NCBI GenBank assembly: GCA_963674755.2
Contig: CAXXVS010000002.1
Location: 2,432,001 to 2,496,000, forward strand
DNA: 64,000 bases
Reading direction: 5' to 3'
Origin: Desulfobacterales bacterium
Lineage (GTDB): Bacteria > Desulfobacterota > Desulfobacteria > Desulfobacterales > UBA5852
The first letter of the stretch is position 1, and every line of letters begins with the position of its first letter. The notes beneath the pieces were generated by a model. It was not told the origin of the DNA and did not search any database. It worked only from the letters and a program-made list of their open reading frames with translations. Below are positions 56,378 through 64,000 of this stretch, in pieces. The translations under genes were made by a program, and so were the position numbers.

Positions 56378-56776
56378 TGTAAGACCCTCTCTTTCTTGGT
56401 GAATGGTAATTGACTCATCACGATACGTCATACGCCAGGGCCGCCGGCAAACAGGAGCCCAAGGAGGCATGCTTTCCATCTTCCTGGGCCGTCCCTTCGG
56501 ATCGGCCTATAGCCGCCTGGCACGGCCCTTCAAAAATAAGGGGTGCGCCAAAGGTTCAGGGCCAGGGCCTGTCGACATATCAATTACCGGAATTCCAAGC
56601 CGTCGAAGGCCATCCATAGGAGGTTCCTGTGAGCGTCCCAGATGTTGTCGTGGAATCGTATGGATCTGAATACAGGCAGAAAGCTACGCGCACCTATCTG
56701 CTATTAAGGCGGAATCTTATACAGCGTCAAGGCGGGTAATCATGTATTTAGGGGGGCTGGCGGCCCACCACGTCGG

Positions 56777-57409
56777 TCACGCATCGCTTTTCCAAATGCG
56801 CGGCTCCGTGCCGGCGAGGAGCCGGCGGATATTATCGCGATGGCGGATCCAGATCCAGGCGGCCGTCAGTCCCGCCCAGAGGGCAAAAACCGCCGAATGG
56901 GTGGCATACCAGACGGTCAGGGGCAAAGTGGCAGTGGCTGCCAGGGAGGCCGCCGACACCCGGTTGAGGCCGCAGGCCGCCATGATGAAGACCAGTCCGC
57001 TGACCCCCAGGGCGCCAGGGGCGACAGCCAGCAGGCAGCCGGCCGCCGTGGCGACCCCTTTGCCGCCGGTCCGGAATTTGAGGAAAACAGGATAGAGATG
57101 GCCGGCCAGGGCGCATACTCCCACCAGGGCCACGTAGGCCTGGATCCAGGGGGAGGGCGCACCTGCCGCCAGACTTCCGGCCCACCACACCGGCAGAAAG
57201 CCTTTGGCGATATCCCCCGACAGCGTCGTCACCGCCGGGAGGGTGCCCACCGTACGCCGCACATTGGTGGCGCCAATATTGCCGCTGCCGGCTTCACGAA
57301 TATCCCCGCGCCCCATGAGGCGGACGATGACAAAGCCGAACGGTATCGAGCCCATCAGATAGGCTGCCCCAGGCAGTCCCAGGGCAATAATCCACAGTCC
57401 CGAATGCAT
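56777..57409 (-). CDS. plsY: Glycerol-3-phosphate acyltransferase PlsY
   Basis: YLMGSIPFG, GSGNIGATNV, DIAKG, GHLYP, GGKGVAT, HRDNIRRL.GTE. Confidence 0.95.
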   Translation of the reverse strand: MHSGLWIIALGLPGAAYLMGSIPFGFVIVRLMGRGDIREAGSGNIGATNVRRTVGTLPAVTTLSGDIAKGFLPVWWAGSLAAGAPSPWIQAYVALVGVCALAGHLYPVFLKFRTGGKGVATAAGCLLAVAPGALGVSGLVFIMAACGLNRVSAASLAATATLPLTVWYATHSAVFALWAGLTAAWIWIRHRDNIRRLLAGTEPRIWKSDA

Positions 57410-57569
57410 GTGTGCGTCCCTCCAAGCCGATCGCCGTGCCATCCATACCGTCGGCCGACGGTATCGGGGTTGCCTCGCGGGTGAAGTCATGGGAACATAC
57501 CTTGATGCGTTTGGCAGGGCAAGCCCAAGGACGCCGCCCCATGCGGTATGCCCCATTGGAAGGATAATC

Positions 57570-57893
57570 ATGACCGGCGACCAGGATCAACCGCCCTTTG
57601 AGGGGCCAGTCGAACTCGCCATCGATGGCGAACTCGACCTGCATACCTTTCACCCCTCCGAGCTGGCCTTCCTGTTGCAGGACTATATCGACGCCTGCCA
57701 TGCCAAGGGCATTCTCACCCTGCGCATCATCCACGGCAAAGGCCGGGGAGTGCTGCGGGAGCGCGTCCACGCGCTGCTGAAAAGAAACCCTCTGGTCAAA
57801 GAGTTCCGGCTGGCCCCGCCCGAAGCCGGCGGGTGGGGGGCCACCCTGGTGGTGTTGGCGGCCCCCCGACCTTCCCCGGATTTTTCAGGTTGA
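57570..57893 (+). CDS. Stand-alone Smr/MutS2 C-terminal domain protein
   Basis: LDLHTF, IIHGKGRGVLR, AGGWGATLV. Confidence 0.9.
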   Translation: MTGDQDQPPFEGPVELAIDGELDLHTFHPSELAFLLQDYIDACHAKGILTLRIIHGKGRGVLRERVHALLKRNPLVKEFRLAPPEAGGWGATLVVLAAPRPSPDFSG

Positions 57894-57990
57894 TACTCCG
57901 GAGGTTGGATGTTAGAAATAAGTTATCAAGCTTGATGGGTGGGCATGCTGACAACGCTCCGCCATGGGGCCCGCCGGAACGGGATGCGTG

Positions 57991-58278
57991 ATGGAAAAAA
58001 CAATTGGATGGCATACCAGGGACGACAGCGGAATGGTCAGCAAGACCATTTTGCTGGAAGACCTTCGCCATACCCTGGTGCACATCCTTTGCAAAGACCT
58101 GGACGAGGAAGAGCAGCAGGATATGCAACATTCCATCGACGACTTCATGCTGAACAGCGCCACCCACTACACCTCGGATGAATTGATATCCGATTTCGAC
58201 TCCACCGAAAAAATCCTCGACCATTTCATCGCCCACCTGGAAACCCGCAAGGAAATGGCGGGCCAGACTCTCCACTGA
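57991..58278 (+). CDS. Small acidic hypothetical protein
   Basis: Open 95-codon frame with protein-like composition; no motif recognised. Confidence 0.45.
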   Translation: MEKTIGWHTRDDSGMVSKTILLEDLRHTLVHILCKDLDEEEQQDMQHSIDDFMLNSATHYTSDELISDFDSTEKILDHFIAHLETRKEMAGQTLH

Positions 58279-58402
58279 CCCCCTATCCTACCGGAAGCCG
58301 GCCCCCTGCGCATTCGCGGTCGACGCTTGCATTGTCCCGGCGCCATGCGCATTTTAATTGAGCCGGCGAAAGAAACGGGCCACCCATCAACCATCCCCAG
58401 CC

Positions 58403-58825
58403 ATGAACGAACCGGATACGGGCTTTTTCGAGGAAATCGAGCACACGGCCGACCTTGCATTGCGATGCGGGGGAACGAGCCTGGAAGCCCTTTTCCGTAG
58501 CGCCGCCCGGGGCATGTACCATCTGATGGGGATTGAAACCCGGGGATTGGCCGCCGCTACCCGCCACAGCATGCGCCTGGCGGCCGAGGATGTGGAGGGC
58601 CTTCTGGTGGACTGGCTGGGGGAATTGGCCTACCAGGCGGAAGCCGGGGGCCTCGTCTTCGCAGAGATGCGGTTTGAAACCTTGTCGGCCACCCGCCTTG
58701 GGGCCAAGCTCGTGGGCCGGCCGATCCGGCATATCGACACCTTGATCAAAGCGGTCACCTATCACCAGTTGAAGATTGAAAACGTCGGCCGGGGCTACAC
58801 CGCAACCGTGGTTTTCGACGTGTAA
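58403..58825 (+). CDS. Archease
   Basis: EHTADL, LF..AA, LLVDWL.EL, IKAVTYH, VVFDV. Confidence 0.92.
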   Translation: MNEPDTGFFEEIEHTADLALRCGGTSLEALFRSAARGMYHLMGIETRGLAAATRHSMRLAAEDVEGLLVDWLGELAYQAEAGGLVFAEMRFETLSATRLGAKLVGRPIRHIDTLIKAVTYHQLKIENVGRGYTATVVFDV

Positions 58826-58849
58826 ACGGTCAACCCCGGCAATGAAAGC

Positions 58850-60310
58850 GTGGATAGCCCCATGGCACTTTTAACCCCCGCCAGAATAGGCCCCTTTACC
58901 TATGAAATTCCCACCGACTGGCGGGCGGATATGCAGGTCCCGGCGCGTCTGCTGGCCGACCCCACAATTCTGAAGGCCGCCTCCGCCGACCGCAGCCTGG
59001 AACAATTGGTTAACACGGCCTGCCTGCCGGGCCTCGTCAAGTATGCCCTGGCCATGCCGGACGTTCACCAGGGGTACGGCTTTCCCATCGGCGGCGTGGC
59101 GGCCACGGAGGTCCCGGACGGGGTCATCTCGCCGGGGGGCGTGGGCTACGACATCAATTGCGGGGTGCGCCTGTTGGGAACCCACCTTTGGCGGGAGGAG
59201 GTGCAGCCCTACCTGGAGGACCTGGTTTCAGCCCTCTACGCCCATTGCCCCAGCGGTGTGGGCCGGGGCGGCACCCTCCGCCTGAATCCCAAGGCGCTTC
59301 GCCAGGTGTTGGAAAGGGGCGCCCGCTGGGCCTTGCAGCAGGGCCTGGCCACGGAAAGCGACTTGGAACGGACCGAGGGCGGCGGCTCCCTGGCCGGAGC
59401 CGACGCCGGCTGCGTCAGCGAGCGGGCCCTGGAGCGCGGCCGGGATCAGGTGGGCACCTTGGGAGCCGGCAACCACTTCATCGAAATCGACGCCGTGGCG
59501 GAAATCTTCGATCCTGCCGCGGCCGAGCGCATGGGCCTGGCCGAAGACGGCGTCGTGGTCCAGATCCATTGCGGCTCCCGCGGCCTGGGCCACCAGGTTT
59601 GCAGCGACTACGTCAAACGCTTCCAGAAAGCCATCCATACTTACGGTCTGCACCTGCCCGACCGGGAGCTGATGTGCGCACCCCTAAGCAGCCCGGAGGG
59701 CCGGGGATACCTGGCCGCCATGACCGCCGCCGCCAACTACGCCTTTGCCAACCGGCAGGTCCTGACCCACGGCATCCGTCTGGGCTTCGAACAGGTCCTG
59801 GCCGGCAAAGTCGCCAACCACCAAGTTTTCCAGGTCTACGACGTGGCCCACAACATGGCCCGCATCGAAACCCACCGGGTCGACGGGCGCCCCCGCGAGC
59901 TCTGCGTCCATCGCAAAGGCGCCACGCGCGCCTTCGGACCGGGATCCCCCGGGCTGCCGCCGGAGTATCGCGATATCGGGCAGCCCGTTCTGGTGCCCGG
60001 CTCCATGGGCACCTGCAGTTGGGTCCTGCGGGGCACCGCAGCGGCCATGGAGCAGACCTTCGGGTCCACCTGCCACGGGGCTGGCCGGCAGATGAGCCGC
60101 CGCCAGGCGCGCAAGCGTTACAAGGGTGCCAGGCTGCGCCAGGCGATGGAAGACAGCGGCATCCATGTGCGGGCCGGCAGCATTTCCGGGCTGGCCGAGG
60201 AGGCCCCCGGGGCTTACAAGGATGTGGACCGGGTGGTGGAAGTGGTGCATGGCGCCGGGATTGCGCGGAAGGTGGCCAGGCTCGTGCCCATCGCCGTCAT
60301 CAAGGGCTGA
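58850..60310 (+). CDS. rtcB: RtcB RNA ligase
   Basis: [71 protein letters not shown]. Confidence 0.96.
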   Translation: MDSPMALLTPARIGPFTYEIPTDWRADMQVPARLLADPTILKAASADRSLEQLVNTACLPGLVKYALAMPDVHQGYGFPIGGVAATEVPDGVISPGGVGYDINCGVRLLGTHLWREEVQPYLEDLVSALYAHCPSGVGRGGTLRLNPKALRQVLERGARWALQQGLATESDLERTEGGGSLAGADAGCVSERALERGRDQVGTLGAGNHFIEIDAVAEIFDPAAAERMGLAEDGVVVQIHCGSRGLGHQVCSDYVKRFQKAIHTYGLHLPDRELMCAPLSSPEGRGYLAAMTAAANYAFANRQVLTHGIRLGFEQVLAGKVANHQVFQVYDVAHNMARIETHRVDGRPRELCVHRKGATRAFGPGSPGLPPEYRDIGQPVLVPGSMGTCSWVLRGTAAAMEQTFGSTCHGAGRQMSRRQARKRYKGARLRQAMEDSGIHVRAGSISGLAEEAPGAYKDVDRVVEVVHGAGIARKVARLVPIAVIKG

Positions 60311-60434
60311 GCGGGGCCGTAAAACGGCCAATCTCGGCGTTGTGCGACGTTCCTCGTCGCTACGGCGTACCTGATGTACGCCTCCCTCCTCCGAACTTGC
60401 ACGCCTTGACCTTGGCCGTTTTACGACCCCGCTC
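60309..60434. mobile_element. MITE/REP-like element, family 1 (complete copy)
   Basis: 23-bp IRs GAGCGGGGCCGTAAAACGGCCAA / TTGGCCGTTTTACGACCCCGCTC (one mismatch). Confidence 0.72.
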
Positions 60435-60868
60435 CCGGCGGGTTAGACTACCTCCCCATCAATGCTCGCAACTTCGGGATGGCTACAATCTCGGCGTTGG
60501 GCGGCGCCCCTCGTCGCTGCGGCGTACCTGATGTACGCCTCCCTCCTCCGAACTTGCACGCCTTGACCTTGGCCGTTTTACGACCCCGCTCCCGGCGGGT
60601 TAGACTACCTCCCCATCAATTCTCTCAACTTCGGGATGGCTACAATCTCGGCGTTGTGCGGCGCCCCTCGTCGCTGCGGCGTACCTGATGTACGCCTCCC
60701 TCCTCCGAACTTGCACGCCTTGACCTTGGCCGTTTTACGACCCCGCTCCCGGCGGGTTAGACTACCTCCCCATCAATTCTCTCAACTTCGGGATGGCTAT
60801 AATCTCGGCGTTGTGCGGCGGCTCCTCGTCGCTGCGGCGTACCTGGTGTACGCCTCTCTCCTCCGAAT
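60330..60868. repeat. Tandem repeat, 157-bp unit, about 3.4 copies
   Basis: AATCTCGGCGTTG recurs at 60330, 60487, 60644 and 60801; units nearly identical. Confidence 0.92.
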
Positions 60869-60918
60869 TCGTTTTCTTCCCCGCGGAAGAAAACGAATTA
60901 CTATTTCAAATAGATATA

Positions 60919-62211
60919 TTATTTAACACCATTGACGGCCCTGTCCAATATGCGGTCATACACGGCCTGCACCTTTTGGTAGACCCCGTCCCAGGTGTAA
61001 GCTTCCAATTTGCTTTGCACGGGCGTGCGATCGATGTCGGGGCAGCGTGCGGCCGCCTCGATCTGGGTCTGCAGGGCATCTGCCAGGCGCTGTTCGAAGG
61101 GGGCCTCGTCTTCCGCCAGGGGCTGGTCGATGTTGACCAGCCGCGGCGTTTGAACCAGGGTGATGAAGTCGGCGGCCACATTCCCCAGGAGTTCCGCCAC
61201 CCCGGGCAGGCCGGTGGCCACGATGCGGCAGCCGCTGGCCAGGGCCTCCAGCACCACCAGGGGCAGTCCTTCGTAAAAGGACGGCAGTACGAAGATGTGA
61301 GCGGCTTTCATGATCCCGGCCAGGGCATTCTGGGATATGGCCCCGTGCACCCGGACGCGATCCCCCAATTGCCGGGCCAGCGCCAGGCAGCGGGTCTTCT
61401 CTTCGCCGCTGCCGCCCCCCACCAGGTGCAGCCGCCAGGCCGGAGCCGTGATGGCGGCCAGGGACCGCAGCAGCCAGGGGACACCCTTGGCATTGCTCAA
61501 TTTGCCGGCATAGACGATCTGCACCGGATCCGGCGGTGGTTTGGTTTCCGGAGCAAACAGGCAGTCATTGTAGCCGGCCCCCACTACGAAGACCTTCTCG
61601 GCGGCCAGCCCGTAGAGCGACACGATGTCCGCTTTCTGGGCCTCGCTCAGGGCCATGACCGCATCCAACCGCCGGCAGCCTTCAAGCACGCGCCGCCGGA
61701 GGTGGGAGCAATTCTGAAACTGCCGCAGGTCGGATCCATGGCAGGTGGTCACCAGGGGAATCCCCGGCGCCAGCCGCCGCGCCAGGGCGCTGACGATCCA
61801 CAAGTGATGGCTGTGAATGAGGTCGGGAGTAAAACGGGCCAGCATCTTGTGGAGGCGCGCGGCAAAGGCGGCCTCATATTCTTGAAGCTGATCCGGAGAG
61901 AGGTCGCCGAAGCGCGAACTGGGATAGGGCATGACATCGCTCATCCCGACGATGGGAAAGGCGACTTCCTGCCCACCGAAGCGCACGAAACTGCACCGGT
62001 CGTCTGCCAGACCGTCCAGGACCGCCGGCTGGTCGTGGGGAATGCCGGCCACCAGACAATTACGGTGGCCACGAGCGGCCGTTTCCCGCAGCATGGCCTG
62101 GATGTAGATGCCGCTGCCGGTGGAATCCGGACGCTGGCTGAGAACGTGCAGGAGATTGAGGGGGCGACCGCCGGCCTTGCCATGGGCCCCGGCGATCCCC
62201 CGGCTAGACAA
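60919..62211 (-). CDS. Glycosyltransferase family 4
   Basis: PDLIHSHH, TCHGSD, YAGKLSNAKG, FVLPSFYEGLPLVVLEALASG; start codon uncertain. Confidence 0.9.
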   Translation of the reverse strand: MSSRGIAGAHGKAGGRPLNLLHVLSQRPDSTGSGIYIQAMLRETAARGHRNCLVAGIPHDQPAVLDGLADDRCSFVRFGGQEVAFPIVGMSDVMPYPSSRFGDLSPDQLQEYEAAFAARLHKMLARFTPDLIHSHHLWIVSALARRLAPGIPLVTTCHGSDLRQFQNCSHLRRRVLEGCRRLDAVMALSEAQKADIVSLYGLAAEKVFVVGAGYNDCLFAPETKPPPDPVQIVYAGKLSNAKGVPWLLRSLAAITAPAWRLHLVGGGSGEEKTRCLALARQLGDRVRVHGAISQNALAGIMKAAHIFVLPSFYEGLPLVVLEALASGCRIVATGLPGVAELLGNVAADFITLVQTPRLVNIDQPLAEDEAPFEQRLADALQTQIEAAARCPDIDRTPVQSKLEAYTWDGVYQKVQAVYDRILDRAVNGVK

Positions 62212-62678
62212 AGCGCCCCGCTCCGACCGGCCGCACGTTCACCAATAAAACGGCATCGCGCGCTGCGGCTTGGCGGTCGATGTCGCCACCGTATGGGGGG
62301 ATCGTCTTAAAGTGTCCGATGCCCAGTGACAGGGGGATCGTATTCGACCTGATGCCGATGACTTCCACGAACACACCTCCGCTCGGAAAAGGCTGGGGAT
62401 TCGATTTCACAACCCTGGAAACTAAACCATCAAAAGCACCACGGGGTCAAGCAACACCCGGCAGAAGCGGTTGCCTGAAGAATTGTATCCCTGCGCTGAT
62501 CCACCCGCTATAAAGCACACCCGGGGAGTCTCTGAAACAAGAAACAGGGGTGATGATAAAAAGGGTTGACGACGGCGCGACTTCCATGGAATCGTACTTT
62601 CACCACGCACGCAAGACATACCGACAGCTTCGATTTCACACGTCTAACAACCCATGCGTACCAGCAAAGGAGGTCTGA

Positions 62679-63134
62679 ATGCGATCCATGTTCAAAATCG
62701 TGGCGGGCGTTGCCCTGGTGGTAATGGTGGCCGGTGTGGCCGCAGCCCAGTTTGCCAACCCCGAAGAGGCCATTCAATACCGTAAATCGATCATGTCCCA
62801 GATTGCCAAACACTTTAAGCCCATGGCGGCGGTCATGCAGGGCAAGGCGGATTTTGACCGGCAGATCTTTGCCCAAGATGCGGAGGCCGTCAAGACGCTG
62901 GCCACGCAGCCCTGGAAGGCCATGCTCGAACCGGGTACGGACAAGGGCGACACCACCATGGATTCGGCCGTTTTTGAAAAGAAAGATGACTTTTTGAAAC
63001 TTTCAGCCGCCTTCCAAAATGATACGGCCATCCTGGCGGAAGCGGCCCAGGGCGCGGATCTGGACGGACTCAAGGCCCCTTTCAACGCGGTGGCCAAAGA
63101 CTGCAAGGCCTGCCACAAAGCCTTCCGCAAATAA
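62679..63134 (+). CDS. Cytochrome c' (class II cytochrome c)
   Basis: Signal peptide, AIQYRKSIM, C-terminal CKACH. Confidence 0.88.
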   Translation: MRSMFKIVAGVALVVMVAGVAAAQFANPEEAIQYRKSIMSQIAKHFKPMAAVMQGKADFDRQIFAQDAEAVKTLATQPWKAMLEPGTDKGDTTMDSAVFEKKDDFLKLSAAFQNDTAILAEAAQGADLDGLKAPFNAVAKDCKACHKAFRK

Positions 63135-63227
63135 CCGCTCCCCACGATCATCCCAACAAGGGCGCTGCCGCAAGACAGGGGGGCGCCCTTGGCGGATCCC
63201 ACACCCCGCAAAAGCCGAACGTCGGCT

Positions 63228-63929
63228 TCAATAGATGATCCCATAGACCCCTGCCGCCAGGATGGCCGCCAGGACAAGCGCCTTGACCGGATGGCCCTCG
63301 GCCTGGCGGACCGTTTCGTGCCAGTATTTGCGCCCCGTCATCATGGGAGCGACGAGGTTTTCGCGCTTCACCCCCCAATAGAAAACGATCGCGGCGAGAT
63401 GCAGCACGATCAAGGCCAACAGGATGTCCTGATTGATGCGGTGAACACGGGTCAGCCAATCACTGGTCGCCTTGCTGACCAGATGAAACAGGGGGCCTTC
63501 GGTGAAGATGTCGTCGTTCGCGAAAAGACCGGTTCCCGCCTGGATAGTCAGTACCGTCAGCATGGCTATGATCGACCAGGCCCCCATGGGATTATGGCCG
63601 AGATAGGCGTCGTGCCCCTTGCCCCACAAGGTACGCGCGTAGGCCCAAACCGTGCGTGGCCCGCGCAGGAAGGAAACAAACCGTGACGGCGTGCTACCCC
63701 AAAACCCCCACAGCACGCGGAACAGAATCAGCCATAGAATCACCACGCCGCTCCACTCGTGGTAGCGCATGGCCGTGCCCCCCGCCTTGCCCGTCACAAA
63801 CGATACCGTCACCAGCAAAACAAGCAGCCAGTGGAAGACGCGGGTGGGTAGGTCCCAGACCAGTATAGGCATCAGGCGCTTCTCGGAAACGGCGTTTTTC
63901 GAATTGGATTTGGACCTGTCATCAGTCAC
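63228..63929 (-). CDS. Cytochrome b (Ni-hydrogenase b/b561 type)
   Basis: VWDLPTRVFHW, H..G, RVLWG, GHNPMGA, LH..A, ENLV..M.TG; GTG start after AAGGAGG. Confidence 0.9.
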   Translation of the reverse strand: MTDDRSKSNSKNAVSEKRLMPILVWDLPTRVFHWLLVLLVTVSFVTGKAGGTAMRYHEWSGVVILWLILFRVLWGFWGSTPSRFVSFLRGPRTVWAYARTLWGKGHDAYLGHNPMGAWSIIAMLTVLTIQAGTGLFANDDIFTEGPLFHLVSKATSDWLTRVHRINQDILLALIVLHLAAIVFYWGVKRENLVAPMMTGRKYWHETVRQAEGHPVKALVLAAILAAGVYGIIY

Positions 63930-64000
63930 GGTTCGCCCTCCTTGGAATGGCAGCATGGCGTTTCCAGCCGGACCGGCAGGGGATGCGTCTGTCAGAAAGC

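Noticed and set aside
60330..60868. CRISPR array
   Set aside because: Units are 157 bp and nearly identical throughout, with no unique spacers and no cas genes
62400..62640. 12-bp direct repeat TTCGATTTCACA at 62400 and 62629
   Set aside because: Two copies only, with no symmetry or known context; could be chance

Overview
GC-rich bacterial chromosomal window, probably from an anaerobic Desulfobacterota/deltaproteobacterium (inferred from gene content, not tested). 1-17.7 kb is housekeeping-like: NuoE/DRTGG/NuoF flavoprotein module, purine/methylthioadenosine salvage cluster (PNP, two MtaD-like deaminases, Ade, MtnA), a stand-alone EF-G, BepA-like protease, parAB, CooT and an IspH-UbiA-like fusion. 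About 17.7-51.5 kb is a single-orientation metal (probably iron) acquisition island headed by a DtxR/MntR repressor. It holds DUF2325, an AraC regulator, an orphan periplasmic binding protein and a retractile type IV filament system (PilM/N/O, lipo-secretin, PilT, PilB, PilC) built from unusually large acidic pilins. It also holds FeoAB, flavodoxin, two DUF4198 proteins, DUF1007 and six exported proteins predicted to start with His after signal cleavage. Read directly from the non-coding DNA: a 14-bp TTAG-N6-CTAA operator in 19-bp-periodic arrays over sigma70-like promoters; three copies of a structured leader/terminator RNA motif I do not recognise; a GEMM-I cyclic-dinucleotide riboswitch before the second pilin; and a 24-nt hairpin shared by both pilin leaders. 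The right end has a chrB-MFS-small Cys protein-chrA chromate cassette, plsY, Smr, archease-rtcB, a 157-bp tandem array derived from a MITE, a GT4, and cytochromes c' and b. No rRNA, tRNA, CRISPR or transposase was seen. All family calls are by motif recognition, with no database search.
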